Notes under the pieces: generated by a model | What the model saw: only the letters and a program-made list of their open reading frames with translations | Told to the model about the DNA's origin: nothing | Databases searched by the model: none | Shown here: positions 22,026 through 33,294 of the stretch, piece by piece | Layout of the letters: the number at the start of each line of letters is the position of its first letter | Position numbering within the stretch: the stretch's first letter is position 1 | DNA from: Limnohabitans sp. | GTDB taxonomy: Bacteria; Pseudomonadota; Gammaproteobacteria; Burkholderiales; Burkholderiaceae_C | Assembly: GCA_009693505.1 (NCBI GenBank) | Contig: SHXD01000010.1 | Location: 670 to 64,669 of the forward strand | Length of the DNA: 64,000 nucleotides | Direction: 5' to 3' | Position numbers and translations under genes: made by a program

Positions 22026-22475
22026 ATGGAACACCTTCAACAAACAACTTTGCCGCGTTGGCCAAAGGGGTTCATTGCGATGGGCGCTTTCATGGCAGCC
22101 CTGTCGGTCATTGCGTCGGCTTACGCTTCGCATGGCAACAGTTTAATCGGCAGTTCACCCGCCATGGTTCAAGCCAGCTTGAACTTGCTGCAATTTCATT
22201 CAATTGGCCTTATTTTGGTGGGCATCTTGGGACAATCTAGGCCGAGCCAAAAACGCCTGCTGGCTGCAGGCGTTTTGTTCTTGCTAGGTTGCTTGATGTT
22301 TTCGATCAACATTCTGATTCGCGCATGGTATGACGTCCAAACTTTCAGGAGCTTGGTGCCTTGGGGTGGCACCTGTTTCATCCTAGGATGGTTGGCGTTT
22401 GCCTTGGCCTATGTGCGCAAAAGCCCGCAACTTAAGCCGCCACCGGCGTCCGAATCAGGTGATCAAACGCGCTGA
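22026..22475 (+). CDS. DUF423/YgdD-like small membrane protein
   Basis: Four TM segments; [24 protein letters not shown]. Confidence 0.7.
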   Translation: MEHLQQTTLPRWPKGFIAMGAFMAALSVIASAYASHGNSLIGSSPAMVQASLNLLQFHSIGLILVGILGQSRPSQKRLLAAGVLFLLGCLMFSINILIRAWYDVQTFRSLVPWGGTCFILGWLAFALAYVRKSPQLKPPPASESGDQTR

Positions 22476-23997
22476 GTGCCGCCTTGGCACCGTCGCCAGC
22501 TGCAATCACAATTTGTTTGAAAGGCACTGTGGTGCAATCGCCCGCGGCAAACACGCCTGGCACATTGGTGTGGCCTTTGGCATCGACCACAATTTCGCCA
22601 AACCTGGACAGCTCTAATGTGTCTTTCAAGAACTCGGTGTTGGGAATCAAACCAATTTGGACAAACACACCTTCCAAGGCAATGTGCTGCTCTTGGCCAG
22701 TGACACGTTCTTTAAAGCGAATGCCATTCACGACACTGCCGTCACCTGTAATTTCGGTGGTCTGAGCGTTGGTGTGCACGGTCACGTTGGCCAAGCTGTT
22801 GAGCTTGTTGACCAACACGGCATCGGCTTTGAGCTGGTCGGCAAATTCAATGACGGTGACATGCGCCACGATGCCTGCCAAATCGATGGCGGCTTCAATG
22901 CCAGAGTTACCCCCGCCAATGACGGCAGTGCGTTTGCCTTTGAACAAGGGACCATCGCAATGCGGGCAATAGGCTACGCCTTTGTTTTTGTACTCTTGCT
23001 CGCCAGGCACATTGACATTGCGCCAGCGTGCGCCGGTCGACAAAATGACCGTGCGGGCTTTCAAGACGCCACCGTTTTCCATTTGTACCTGAATCAGACC
23101 ACCCTCTTGTTCAGCAGGAACTATTTTTGAAGCGCGCTGCAAATTCATGATATCGGCACCATACTGGCGCACCTGGGCTTCCAAGGCTGCGCCAAATTTG
23201 GGGCCATCGGTTTCCAAGACTGAAATGTAGTTTTCAATCGCCAAGGTGTCGTTCACCTGACCGCCAAAACGTTCTGCCGCCACACCCACGCGAATGCCTT
23301 TGCGTGCGGCATAAACGGCGGCTGCAGCGCCAGCAGGGCCACCGCCCACAATCAGCAGATCGAAATTTTCTTTGGCATTGATTTTGGTGGCTTCTCGGTC
23401 GGCAGAACCTGTATCAATTTTGGCCACAATTTCTTCCACCAACATGCGCCCTGAACCAAACACCTTGTCATTCAAAAACACCATGGGCACGGCCATGATT
23501 TCGCGCTCGGTCACTTCTTGTTGGAAGGCGCCGCCTTCAATGACCACGGTCTTCACTTTGGGATTGAAAATAGCCATAAGCGACAAAGCCTGAACCACGT
23601 CAGGGCAGTTGTGGCATGACAATGACATGTAAACCTCAAAATTGAAATCGCCGTCGATCGCCCTGATGGCGTCGAGCACTTCTTGTTCTACTTTGGGCGG
23701 ATGACCGCCCGTCCACAACAATGCCAAGACCAAGGATGTGAACTCATGTCCTAGTGGCAAGCCTGCAAATCGAACGCCTTGCGTTTCGCCTTCTCGGACC
23801 ACGACAAATGAGGGCGTACGGGCATCCGAACCCGATGTGTCCAACATCACTTTGTCTGACAAAGCCACGATGGTCTCTAGCAGGCTGCGCATCTCAATGC
23901 CGGTCTCGCTGTCGTCCAATGTGGCGATCAAGCGGATGGGGTTTCTCAGCATGCCCAAGTAGGTTTGCAATTGCGATTTGAGGGTGTCTTCTAACAT
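22432..23997 (-). CDS. ahpF: Alkyl hydroperoxide reductase subunit F
   Basis: [37 protein letters not shown]. Confidence 0.97.
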   Translation of the reverse strand: MLEDTLKSQLQTYLGMLRNPIRLIATLDDSETGIEMRSLLETIVALSDKVMLDTSGSDARTPSFVVVREGETQGVRFAGLPLGHEFTSLVLALLWTGGHPPKVEQEVLDAIRAIDGDFNFEVYMSLSCHNCPDVVQALSLMAIFNPKVKTVVIEGGAFQQEVTEREIMAVPMVFLNDKVFGSGRMLVEEIVAKIDTGSADREATKINAKENFDLLIVGGGPAGAAAAVYAARKGIRVGVAAERFGGQVNDTLAIENYISVLETDGPKFGAALEAQVRQYGADIMNLQRASKIVPAEQEGGLIQVQMENGGVLKARTVILSTGARWRNVNVPGEQEYKNKGVAYCPHCDGPLFKGKRTAVIGGGNSGIEAAIDLAGIVAHVTVIEFADQLKADAVLVNKLNSLANVTVHTNAQTTEITGDGSVVNGIRFKERVTGQEQHIALEGVFVQIGLIPNTEFLKDTLELSRFGEIVVDAKGHTNVPGVFAAGDCTTVPFKQIVIAAGDGAKAALSAFDHLIRTPVAA

Positions 23998-24103
23998 GGG
24001 GGGTTTTGTAATGCAATTTCAAATTCAAGTCGGTGCACTGCACAGGCTTACGCACAAAGCCCTGAGATTCAGGGCTTTGAACTTTTCAGTAATGTGTCCG
24101 AAC

Positions 24104-24667
24104 TCAGATCTTGCCAACCAAGTCGAGCGAAGGTGTCAAAGTCTTAGCGCCTTCTTTCCACTTAGCAGGGCAAACTTGACCAGGGTTGGCTGCTGTGTAC
24201 TGAGCGGCAGTCAACTTGCGCAATGTTTCTGACACATCACGGGCGATTTCGTTGGAGTGCACTTCCATGGTCTTGATGGTGCCTTCTGGGTTGATGATGA
24301 AGGTACCGCGCAAAGCCAGGCCTTCTTCAGCAATGTGCACGCCAAACGCGTTGGTGAGGGTGTGTGTCGGGTCGCCAACCAATGGAAACTTGGCCTTGCC
24401 CACGGCAGGTGAAGTCTCGTGCCACACTTTGTGTGAAAAGTGGGTGTCGGTGGTCACAATGTAAACCTCGGCACCGGCTTTTTGGAAGGCTGGGTAGTTG
24501 TCAGCAGCGTCTTCAATTTCTGTGGGGCAATTGAAGGTGAAAGCGGCTGGCATGAAGATCAAAACAGACCACTTGCCTTTGAGGCAGGCGTCGGAAACTT
24601 CAATGAACTTGCCGTTGTGGAAAGCTTGTGTTTTGAAAGGCTGAACTTGCGTGTTGATGAGCGTCAT
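24104..24667 (-). CDS. ahpC: Peroxiredoxin AhpC
   Basis: FTFNCPTE peroxidatic motif and VCPAKW resolving Cys; upstream of ahpF. Confidence 0.97.
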   Translation of the reverse strand: MTLINTQVQPFKTQAFHNGKFIEVSDACLKGKWSVLIFMPAAFTFNCPTEIEDAADNYPAFQKAGAEVYIVTTDTHFSHKVWHETSPAVGKAKFPLVGDPTHTLTNAFGVHIAEEGLALRGTFIINPEGTIKTMEVHSNEIARDVSETLRKLTAAQYTAANPGQVCPAKWKEGAKTLTPSLDLVGKI

Positions 24668-24752
24668 GGTGATACCTTGAAGATGTTTTAAAAAAATGCT
24701 TAATGAGAAAACTCATCAAGGCCTATCGTAAACCCTAATATCGACAACCCTG

Positions 24753-24789
24753 ATTGGGATTACTTATGAGTGCGATAGTTTTCATTTGT
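24753..24789. promoter_or_regulatory. Putative OxyR-binding site upstream of ahpC
   Basis: ATTG-N7-TTAT-N7-ATAG-N7-TTGT versus consensus ATAG-N7-CTAT-N7-ATAG-N7-CTAT. Confidence 0.6.
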
Positions 24790-24842
24790 ATCACCCATGC
24801 ATAATTGACGTTAACGTAACGTCAACTCATCAAGGGGTATTC

Positions 24843-25601
24843 ATGGACATCCAAGGCAAGGTTTTCATTGTGACGGGCGGCGCATCGGGTCTGGGCGAAG
24901 GCACAGCCCGCATGTTGGCGGCCCATGGCGGCAAAGTGGTCATTGCGGACATGCAGGCTGAAAAAGGCGAAGCCATCGCCAAAGAATTGGGCGGTGCTTT
25001 CGTCAAGTGCGACGTTAGCAACGAAGCCGACGGTCAAGCAGTGGTTGCCAAGGCTGTGTCGCTTGGCAAATTGGTGGGCTTGGTGAATTGTGCCGGCATC
25101 GCCCCTGCCGAAAAAACAGTGGGTAAGAATGGCGCGCATTCACTGGCCGTATTCAGCAAAACCATCACCGTCAATTTGATTGGCAGCTTCAACATGATTC
25201 GATTGGCCTCCGAGGCCATGTGCAAGAACGAACCCGAAGCCACAGGCGAGCGTGGCGTGATGATTTCCACCGCCTCCGTGGCTGCCTACGATGGTCAAAT
25301 TGGGCAGGCAGCTTACGCAGCATCCAAAGGCGGCGTAGTGGGCATGACACTGCCCATTGCACGCGACCTGGCGCGCAATGGCATTCGGAACATGACCATT
25401 GCCCCTGGCATTTTTGGCACGCCCATGGTGTTTGGCATGCCACAAGAATTGCAAGACGCATTGGCTGCAGCTGTCCCCTTCCCTAGCCGACTTGGTACAC
25501 CCAAAGACTATGCCAAATTGGTCAAGCACATTTTGGAAAATGACATGCTCAATGGCGAAGTGATTCGTTTGGATGGCGCCATTAGGCTCGCTCCAAAGTA
25601 A
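24843..25601 (+). CDS. SDR family 3-hydroxyacyl-CoA dehydrogenase (HSD10-like)
   Basis: [31 protein letters not shown]. Confidence 0.9.
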   Translation: MDIQGKVFIVTGGASGLGEGTARMLAAHGGKVVIADMQAEKGEAIAKELGGAFVKCDVSNEADGQAVVAKAVSLGKLVGLVNCAGIAPAEKTVGKNGAHSLAVFSKTITVNLIGSFNMIRLASEAMCKNEPEATGERGVMISTASVAAYDGQIGQAAYAASKGGVVGMTLPIARDLARNGIRNMTIAPGIFGTPMVFGMPQELQDALAAAVPFPSRLGTPKDYAKLVKHILENDMLNGEVIRLDGAIRLAPK

Positions 25602-25637
25602 GTCATACTATTTGCCATTCAACACCTTAAGAGCAAT

Positions 25638-27473
25638 ATGAAGTTTTTGAAGTTAAGCTGCATCCAAAGAATTGCAGTCGGAGTTTTTGCTTTCTGCTTA
25701 AGCGCTTGCGCGTTACAACCCAAGAACTTCAACTACGCCACACCCGATCAACCTAACGACCCAGTGGGTTATCAAGAAAAACCAGGCTGGGCTACCCAAG
25801 GTTTTGCAGTGGCTGCGGCTAACCCCTTGGCCACCGATGCGGGTTACCAAATTCTCTTAGCGGGTGGCTCAGCCCTTGACGCTGCCATTGCGGTTCAAAT
25901 GGTCTTAACTTTGGTTGAACCCCAGTCAAGCGGCATCGGTGGTGGTGCTTTTGTGATGCACCACGATGGCAAAAAAGTGGAGGCCTACGATGGTCGTGAA
26001 ACAGCCCCTTTGGCCGCTACAGAAAAACTTTTTTTAGATACCCAAGGCACGCCTCTGTCCTTCATGGACGGTGTTGTCAGTGGCTTGTCGGTAGGCGTTC
26101 CTGGCACCCTCACAGTGCTTGAAATGGCGCACAAAGAACATGGGAAATTGCCTTGGGCCACATTGATACAGCCCGTCATTCACCTGGCAGAGGAAGGCTT
26201 CAAGCTCAGCCCTCGCTTGCATAGCGCGTTGTTGGCTGAAAATGATTTAATCAAAGATCCTGTCGCCGCAAGTTACTTTTACGATGCACAGGGCAAACCA
26301 TATCCCATCGGTCATATTTTGAAAAACCCCGAGTTGGCAGCGGTCATGCGCGATATTGCCAAGCGCGGATCGCAAGCCTTGAAGGACGGCCCTGTGGCCG
26401 AAGCTTTGGTGAAAAAAGTTCGACAACATCCCACACGCCCAGGCAGTATGACGCTGCAAGATTTGGGCAATTACAAAGCAAAAAAACGCGAGCCCCTGTG
26501 TTTTGATCATGCGGTTCAAACTACTGGGAAAATTTATCAGCTCTGCGGTTTTCCACCACCCAGTTCTGGCACCTTGGTCATAGGACAAATGTTGGGAATC
26601 TTGAACAACACCCCTGCAGGAAAAATGCAACTTGAGCAAGGTCTTCCTTCAGCCGCTTGGTTGCACTTCTACACAGAAGCCGCACGTTTGGCTTTTGCAG
26701 ATCGTGGTCAATTTGTAGGTGACCCCGACTTTGTACAAGCCCCTGGCGGCGATTGGCGAACACTTTGGAATGCCAACTATCTTAAACAGCGTAGCAGTTT
26801 AATTGGTGCTCAAAGTATGAAGGTGGCACAACCTGGCAACCCTGTTGGCACCAAGTCTGCCTTTGCACCCATGCCGGCCCAAGAAGAATATGGCACCAGC
26901 CACATCAGCGTGATTGACAAGCAAGGCAATGCAGTGGCCATGTCTACTACCATTGAGGCTGTCTTTGGTTCTAGAAACATGGTCAATTCAGGCCAAGGCA
27001 GGCACGGTGGTTTCTTGCTGAACAATGAGCTGACCGATTTCAGTTATGCACCTGCAGATGCCAAAGGGATGCCCATTGCCAATCGGGTTGAAGGTGGCAA
27101 ACGGCCGCGATCCTCTATGTCACCTACTTTGGTGTTTGAGAAAGACACCGGCCAATTAAAAATGACAGGCGGCAGCCCCGGTGGTGCCGTCATCATTAAC
27201 TACACAACCAAGCTTTTGATTGGCACCTTGCAATGGGGTTTGAACACCCAGCAGGCCATTAGCTTGCCCAACTTCAGCTCTCTGAATGGCCCCACTATTT
27301 TGGAAGAGAAACGCTATCCCGAAAGCACCATCAAAGCCTTGCAGTCCAAGGGGCATGATGTGCGTGAAACGCCTTTGCCAAGCGGCTTACAGGCCATTGA
27401 GGTGACCCCCACAGGATTCTTTGGTGGCGCAGATCCACGGCGCGAAGGTGTGGTGATGGGGCCCAAACCGTAA
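25638..27473 (+). CDS. ggt: Gamma-glutamyltransferase, probable lipoprotein
   Basis: Lipobox LSAC; EPQSSGIGGG, autocleavage GTSHIS, NNELTDF, RPRSSMSP, GSPGG, GADPRREG. Confidence 0.93.
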   Translation: MKFLKLSCIQRIAVGVFAFCLSACALQPKNFNYATPDQPNDPVGYQEKPGWATQGFAVAAANPLATDAGYQILLAGGSALDAAIAVQMVLTLVEPQSSGIGGGAFVMHHDGKKVEAYDGRETAPLAATEKLFLDTQGTPLSFMDGVVSGLSVGVPGTLTVLEMAHKEHGKLPWATLIQPVIHLAEEGFKLSPRLHSALLAENDLIKDPVAASYFYDAQGKPYPIGHILKNPELAAVMRDIAKRGSQALKDGPVAEALVKKVRQHPTRPGSMTLQDLGNYKAKKREPLCFDHAVQTTGKIYQLCGFPPPSSGTLVIGQMLGILNNTPAGKMQLEQGLPSAAWLHFYTEAARLAFADRGQFVGDPDFVQAPGGDWRTLWNANYLKQRSSLIGAQSMKVAQPGNPVGTKSAFAPMPAQEEYGTSHISVIDKQGNAVAMSTTIEAVFGSRNMVNSGQGRHGGFLLNNELTDFSYAPADAKGMPIANRVEGGKRPRSSMSPTLVFEKDTGQLKMTGGSPGGAVIINYTTKLLIGTLQWGLNTQQAISLPNFSSLNGPTILEEKRYPESTIKALQSKGHDVRETPLPSGLQAIEVTPTGFFGGADPRREGVVMGPKP

Positions 27474-27496
27474 ACCTACCTCAGCCAAGTCCTTCG

Positions 27497-27536
27497 AAAA
27501 AAAGAGTCCTTCCCGCTAGGGTTGGACTCTTTTTTT
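27497..27536. terminator. Bidirectional terminator between ggt and acs
   Basis: A7-GAGTCC...GGACTC-T7 hairpin. Confidence 0.8.
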
Positions 27537-27559
27537 GTTAAGCGATAAGTTTTGTTAAA

Positions 27560-29521
27560 TCAATACGTTTGACCCAGCTGCCCCAAGATGGCTGGGTTTT
27601 CCAAAGTGCTGATGTCTTGCGTAATCTCTTCGCCTTTGGCCAAACTGCGCAGCAAACGGCGCATGATTTTGCCGGAGCGAGTCTTGGGCAAATTCTCGCC
27701 AAAGCGAATGTCCTTGGGCTTGGCAATGGGGCCAATTTCTTTGGCAATGTGATCGCGCAATTGTTTGGCGATGGCCTTGCCTTCGTCACCTGTGGGCAAG
27801 GGGCGCTTCAGCACCACAAACGCACAAATGGCTTCGCCGGTGGTGTCATCTGGACGCCCCACCACCGCAGCTTCAGCCACGAGCTCGGTACAACTGACCA
27901 AAGCAGATTCAATTTCCATGGTGCCCATGCGGTGGCCTGACACATTCAGCACGTCATCAATGCGACCGGTGATGGTGAAATAACCAGATTTAGCATCGCA
28001 AATAGCGCCATCACCGGCCAAGTAGTACTTGCCTTGGAAGTCGGCTGGGTAGTAGCTCTTGATGAAGCGATCGGGGTCACCCCAGATGGTGCGAATCATG
28101 GAAGGCCATGGGCGCTTGACCACCAAGATACCGCCTTGGCCGTTGGGCATGTCTTTGCCAGTTTCGTCCACGATGCCGGCTTGAATACCTGGGAAAGGCA
28201 AAGTGCAAGAACCAGGCACCATGGGTGTGACGCCAGGTAAGGGTGTGATCATGTGACCACCGGTTTCGGTTTGCCAGAAGGTGTCCACAATGGGGCAATT
28301 GCCGCCACCCACATGCTTGTGATACCACTCCCAAGCTGCAGGATTGATGGGCTCGCCCACAGAACCTAGCAAGCGCAAACTTGTCAGGTCGTAGCTCTTT
28401 GGATGCACCTCATCTTTGGCTTCAGCCGCTTTGATCAAAGAACGAATGGCGGTAGGCGCTGTGTAGAAAATAGAGACCTTGTGGTCTTGAATCATTTTCC
28501 AAAATCGGCCAGCGTCAGGAAATGTAGGCACCCCTTCAAACACAATTTCTGTACCGCCCAAAGCCAAGGGACCATAGGTGATGTAGGTGTGGCCTGTGAC
28601 CCAACCGATGTCGGCCGTGCACCAGAACACGTCGTCTTGTTTCAAGTCGAAGGTCCACTTGGTGGTGAGGGCCGCGTGCAACAAATAGCCGCCGGTAGAG
28701 TGTTGAACACCCTTGGGCTTGCCTGTAGAGCCAGATGTGTAGAGCAAGAACAAGGGATGCTCAGCGCCCACCCACTCTGGCTCGCAGGTGCTGGCTTGCT
28801 TGGCCAGCAAGTCGTGCATCCAAATGTCGCGACCTGCAATCATGGCCACATCGGCGCCGCTGCGCTTCACCACCAATACGCTCTTGATACTGTCGCAACC
28901 GCCCAAGGCCAGCGCATCGTCCACAATCGATTTCAAAGGCAATTGTTTGCCACCGCGAATTTGATGGTCGGCTGTGATAACAGCTTTGGCGCCAGTGTCT
29001 TCAATGCGATCGCGCAAAGACTGGGCTGAGAAACCACCGAACACCACGGAGTGTGTGGCACCAATGCGGGCGCAAGCTTGCATGGCCGCCACGCCATCAA
29101 TGGACATGGAGATATAGATGATGACGCGGTCGCCTTTTTCAATGCCGATGGATTTGAGGCCGTTGGCCATTTGACATGTTTTGGCAAGCAATTCGCTGTA
29201 AGTGATGCGTGTGATTTCACCGCCGTCGGCTTCAAAAATGAGGGCGGTTTTATTGCCGAGGCCTTTTTCCACATTGCGGTCTAGGCAGTTGTACGAAGCA
29301 TTCAGGGTGCCGTCTTCAAACCATTTGAAGAAAGGCGCTTTGGATTCATCCAAAACCTTGGTGAAAGGCGTTTTCCAAGAAATGAACTCTTTTGCCAGCC
29401 GAGCCCAGTAGCCTTCGTAATCGGTTTCAGCCTCTTTGCAAAGGGCTTGGTAAGCTGGCATGCCTGAGATATGGGCATTTTTAACGAAGTCAGCACTGGG
29501 CTGGTAAAGGGTGGCGCTCAT
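27560..29521 (-). CDS. acs: Acetyl-CoA synthetase
   Basis: [42 protein letters not shown]. Confidence 0.97.
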   Translation of the reverse strand: MSATLYQPSADFVKNAHISGMPAYQALCKEAETDYEGYWARLAKEFISWKTPFTKVLDESKAPFFKWFEDGTLNASYNCLDRNVEKGLGNKTALIFEADGGEITRITYSELLAKTCQMANGLKSIGIEKGDRVIIYISMSIDGVAAMQACARIGATHSVVFGGFSAQSLRDRIEDTGAKAVITADHQIRGGKQLPLKSIVDDALALGGCDSIKSVLVVKRSGADVAMIAGRDIWMHDLLAKQASTCEPEWVGAEHPLFLLYTSGSTGKPKGVQHSTGGYLLHAALTTKWTFDLKQDDVFWCTADIGWVTGHTYITYGPLALGGTEIVFEGVPTFPDAGRFWKMIQDHKVSIFYTAPTAIRSLIKAAEAKDEVHPKSYDLTSLRLLGSVGEPINPAAWEWYHKHVGGGNCPIVDTFWQTETGGHMITPLPGVTPMVPGSCTLPFPGIQAGIVDETGKDMPNGQGGILVVKRPWPSMIRTIWGDPDRFIKSYYPADFQGKYYLAGDGAICDAKSGYFTITGRIDDVLNVSGHRMGTMEIESALVSCTELVAEAAVVGRPDDTTGEAICAFVVLKRPLPTGDEGKAIAKQLRDHIAKEIGPIAKPKDIRFGENLPKTRSGKIMRRLLRSLAKGEEITQDISTLENPAILGQLGQTY

Positions 29522-29680
29522 GGTGTGTCTCCTAGGGAACTTATTCGAGTGACTGGTGCTGAATGTCGTGCTTGGCTCTTACAAAGCCCTGACTGACAGT
29601 ATTCTTTCATATCTTGTCGAAACCGACACATTTATGCAAAGGCACGGCTTTAAAATCAAACAAACTCACAAAGATCATCC

Positions 29681-30283
29681 ATGGCTTCAAACCACCAACC
29701 CCACCCCGAAAAAGCGGCCCTCCGCCCCTTGCCCAAGCTGATTTTTGCCAGCCGGTGGCTGCAACTTCCCCTTTACCTTGGCTTGATTTTGGCGCAGGGT
29801 GTTTATGTGTTCCATTTTTGGGTGGAGTTGGTGCATCTTTTGGAAGCCGTATTTGGCAGTCAAACAGCCCTTCAAGCTTTGATCTCTGGCATTGGTTACA
29901 AAGTCGACGCCCCCATCACGCAATTGAACGAGACCATCATCATGCTTGTCGTCTTGGCGCTTATTGACGTGGTCATGATCTCAAACCTGCTCATCATGGT
30001 CATTGTGGGTGGCTACGAAACATTTGTGTCGCGCATGGATTTAGAAGGCCATCCCGATCAACCAGAATGGCTGAGTCATGTGAATGCGTCTGTTTTGAAA
30101 GTGAAATTGGGCACCGCCATCATCGGCATCAGTTCCATTCACTTGCTCAAAACGTTTATCAATGCAGCCAACTACACCGAGCAAGTGCTGATGTGGCAAA
30201 CCATCATTCACATCACCTTCCTGCTCAGTGCATTGGCCATTGCCTACACCGACAAGCTGATGTCACACCACAACAAACAATGA
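29681..30283 (+). CDS. YqhA/UPF0114 (TIGR00645-like) membrane protein
   Basis: IFASRWLQLPLYLGL, LIDVVMISNLLIMVIVGGYETFVS, ISSIHLLK. Confidence 0.85.
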   Translation: MASNHQPHPEKAALRPLPKLIFASRWLQLPLYLGLILAQGVYVFHFWVELVHLLEAVFGSQTALQALISGIGYKVDAPITQLNETIIMLVVLALIDVVMISNLLIMVIVGGYETFVSRMDLEGHPDQPEWLSHVNASVLKVKLGTAIIGISSIHLLKTFINAANYTEQVLMWQTIIHITFLLSALAIAYTDKLMSHHNKQ

Positions 30284-30352
30284 AAGCATTGAACAGGCAG
30301 CTTTCAGCACCTGTATTCTGAAAATTTAAATAAGACCTCGCGAAAGAAATAC

Positions 30353-31906
30353 ATGACGACCCTGATCAAACAAGAAGACCTGATTGAATCCGTGGCAGCC
30401 GCCCTGCAATACATCAGTTACTACCACCCTGCCGATTTCATCGCGCACTTGGCTACCGCCTACCACCGCGAGCAGAGCCCAGCCGCCAAAGATGCCATTG
30501 CTCAAATTTTGACCAACAGCAAGATGAGCGCCATGGGCCATCGCCCCATGTGCCAAGACACCGGCATCGTCAATGTGTTTTTGAAGGTTGGCATGGACGT
30601 TAGGTTTGATAACTTCACAGGCGGCCTGGAAGACGCCATCAATGAAGGCGTTCGCAGGGGTTACAACTACGCCGACAACATGTTGCGCGCCTCCATCGTC
30701 GACGATCCTGAATTTGCGCGCAAAAACACACAAGACAATTCGCCTGCCGTGATCTTCACTCAACTTGTTCCGGGCAACAAGCTAGACATCACTGTAGCGG
30801 CCAAAGGCGGTGGCAGTGAAAACAAATCCAAATTGGTCATGCTCAACCCCAGCGACAGCGTCGTCGACTGGGTTTTAAAAACAGTACCCACCATGGGTGC
30901 TGGTTGGTGCCCTCCCGGCATGTTGGGCATTGGCATTGGTGGTACTGCCGAAAAAGCCGTGCTCATGGCCAAAGAAAGTTTGATGGACGACCTGGACATG
31001 TACCAGTTGCTCGAGAAATCAAGCAAGGGCGAGAAGCTCACGCTAGTTGAAAACATGCGTTTGGAAATTTACCATAAGGTCAACGCCCTGGGCATTGGCG
31101 CTCAAGGTTTGGGTGGCCTTACCACGGTGCTCGACATCAAAATCAAGATGTACCCCACGCACGCCGCTAGCAAACCTGTGGCCATGATCCCTAACTGCGC
31201 TGCCACCCGACATGCGCACTTTGTGATGGACGGCTCTGGCCCCGTTTACTTGGACGTGCCTTCCCTCGATTTGTGGCCCGATGTCAACTGGACGCCTGAT
31301 ACAGAAAAAAGCAAGCGTGTTGATTTAAATGCCCTGACCCCCGCAGAGGTGGCCAGCTGGAAACCTGGTCAAACTTTGCTGCTCAACGGCAAAATGTTGA
31401 CGGGGCGCGATGCCGCTCACAAACGCATTCAAGACATGTTGGCCAAGGGTGAAAAACTGCCCGTCGACTTCACCAACCGCGTCATTTACTACGTGGGCCC
31501 GGTCGACCCCATGAAGGGCGAAGCGGTGGGTCCTGCAGGTCCCACCACCTCCACTCGCATGGACAAATTCACCGAGATGATGTTGGCCCAAACTGGCCTG
31601 ATTTCCATGGTGGGCAAAGCCGAGCGTGGGCCCGAGGCCATCGCGGCCATCCAAAAACACAAATCGGCCTACCTCATGGCGGTGGGCGGTGCGGCTTACT
31701 TGGTGTCCAAAGCCATCAAGCACGCCCAAGTGGTGGGCTTTGCCGACTTGGGTATGGAAGCCATTTACGAATTTGATGTGGTGGACATGCCCGTCACGGT
31801 GGCGGTAGATTCTGGAGGTACCAGCGCCCACACCACTGGCCCTGCTGAATGGCAGAAACGCATTGCCACAGGAGAGTTCAAAGGCATCAAAGTTGGCGCC
31901 AATTGA
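30353..31906 (+). CDS. fumA: Fumarate hydratase class I (Fe-S)
   Basis: CQDTG, KGGGSEN, GAGWCPP, PNCAATRH, GRDAAH, GPTTSTRM. Confidence 0.93.
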   Translation: MTTLIKQEDLIESVAAALQYISYYHPADFIAHLATAYHREQSPAAKDAIAQILTNSKMSAMGHRPMCQDTGIVNVFLKVGMDVRFDNFTGGLEDAINEGVRRGYNYADNMLRASIVDDPEFARKNTQDNSPAVIFTQLVPGNKLDITVAAKGGGSENKSKLVMLNPSDSVVDWVLKTVPTMGAGWCPPGMLGIGIGGTAEKAVLMAKESLMDDLDMYQLLEKSSKGEKLTLVENMRLEIYHKVNALGIGAQGLGGLTTVLDIKIKMYPTHAASKPVAMIPNCAATRHAHFVMDGSGPVYLDVPSLDLWPDVNWTPDTEKSKRVDLNALTPAEVASWKPGQTLLLNGKMLTGRDAAHKRIQDMLAKGEKLPVDFTNRVIYYVGPVDPMKGEAVGPAGPTTSTRMDKFTEMMLAQTGLISMVGKAERGPEAIAAIQKHKSAYLMAVGGAAYLVSKAIKHAQVVGFADLGMEAIYEFDVVDMPVTVAVDSGGTSAHTTGPAEWQKRIATGEFKGIKVGAN

Positions 31907-32801
31907 GCCTGCCACTCAAAGTGTGGACGGCCTAAAAGGGGCTATCGGCGTTTTTGACAGCGGCATTGGCGGCCTGAGTGTTTTGAAAGCCTTGCGTGCC
32001 GAAATGCCGCAAGAGCGCTTCATTTACTGGGCCGACAGTGGTTATGCGCCCTATGGCGAGCGCAGCGACGACTTTGTCATTGCACGAAGCCACGACATCA
32101 CTGAACAGCTTTTGGCCAAAGGTCCCATGAAGGCCGTTGTTGTGGCATGCAATACCGCCACGGCTGTGGCCATTGAGAGTTTGCGCACCCATTACCCGCA
32201 CCTGCCTTTCATAGGCGTTGAACCCGCACTCAAACCCGCGCTTGCACGAACGCAAACTGGGTTCGTGGGCGTGATGGGCACACAAGGCACCTTAAACAGC
32301 ACGCGTTTCGACAACTTACTCAAGACAGTTCAGGCAGATGCTTTGCCTAAGAAAGGCCATTTTGTTTTACAAGCCTGCAAAGGCTTGGCGCTGGCCATTG
32401 AAAAGCAAACTGAAAAGTCTTTAAACGACACCACAGAGGTAGCGCAGTTGTGTGCAAAGTATGTTCAGAGCATGGGCTTTTTCGGGCATGCAACTGCTCA
32501 AATAGACACCTTGGTTTTAGGCTGTACGCACTACATTTTTGTGCAAGAAATTTTGCAAAAACTGGTTGGTCCTGACGTGCAGCTTATTTCAACAGGCGAA
32601 GCGGTTGCGAAACAAACCAAACGCTTAATCACACCAGCCACTGAAATGCCTCTCGCCACTTCTCAATCAAGCGAATCTGAAAAGATTGAGCTATGGACCA
32701 CGGGTGCCTTAAGCTCACTTCAATCTGCTGCCCTTCGGTGGTTAGACCTGCCGCCTGAGTACTGCCATCAAGCCGCAGCCCAAAGCCTCTCGCCACCCTG
32801 A
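31893..32801 (+). CDS. murI: Glutamate racemase (start uncertain)
   Basis: GVFDSGIGGLSV, PYG, VACNTAT, VEPALKPA, LGCTHY. Confidence 0.95.
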   Translation: MAPIEPATQSVDGLKGAIGVFDSGIGGLSVLKALRAEMPQERFIYWADSGYAPYGERSDDFVIARSHDITEQLLAKGPMKAVVVACNTATAVAIESLRTHYPHLPFIGVEPALKPALARTQTGFVGVMGTQGTLNSTRFDNLLKTVQADALPKKGHFVLQACKGLALAIEKQTEKSLNDTTEVAQLCAKYVQSMGFFGHATAQIDTLVLGCTHYIFVQEILQKLVGPDVQLISTGEAVAKQTKRLITPATEMPLATSQSSESEKIELWTTGALSSLQSAALRWLDLPPEYCHQAAAQSLSPP

Positions 32802-33283
32802 TCTAGGTGCGTGAGATACACCCGCAGCTCAAACTCCCACTGCGCATAATCTGGTGCCATGTGATGGCACAGTTTGTAAAAAGCTTTGTCGTGTTCGCGC
32901 ACTTTGAGATGCGCCAATTCATGCACAGCAATCATTTGCAAAAATGCAATGGGCGTTTCTTTGAACAAGGCTGCCACTTTGATGTCGCGCTTTGATTTCA
33001 ATTTGCTGCCTTGAATGCGTGAGGTGGTGGTGTGCAAACCCAAAGCATGTTGAATGATTTGCAGTTTGCTGTCATAACTGACCTTGTTAATGGGATCGGC
33101 CTGCCTCAAAAATTCGTTTTTGAGTTCTATGACGTAGGTGTAAAGCGCGCCATCTGTGCGAATGGTGTGCGGCTCTGAATGTCTGGACTTTAACCACTCA
33201 CCCAAGCCAGGACCATCGATGATTTTCTGCACTTGCAACTGCAGCTTGTCTGGGTAGGCTTGCAGGTAGCGAAATGCAGACAT
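32768..33283 (-). CDS. YgjP-like (DUF45) metallohydrolase
   Basis: HELAH Zn motif, EHDKAFYKLC; start ATG 33283. Confidence 0.8.
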   Translation of the reverse strand: MSAFRYLQAYPDKLQLQVQKIIDGPGLGEWLKSRHSEPHTIRTDGALYTYVIELKNEFLRQADPINKVSYDSKLQIIQHALGLHTTTSRIQGSKLKSKRDIKVAALFKETPIAFLQMIAVHELAHLKVREHDKAFYKLCHHMAPDYAQWEFELRVYLTHLDQGGERLWAAA

Positions 33284-33294
33284 TAGACGGGCGT

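Noticed and set aside
30353..31906. Fumarase looks GC-richer than its neighbours (possible transfer)
   Set aside because: Impression by eye only; compatible with codon bias, and no mobility signatures at the flanks.
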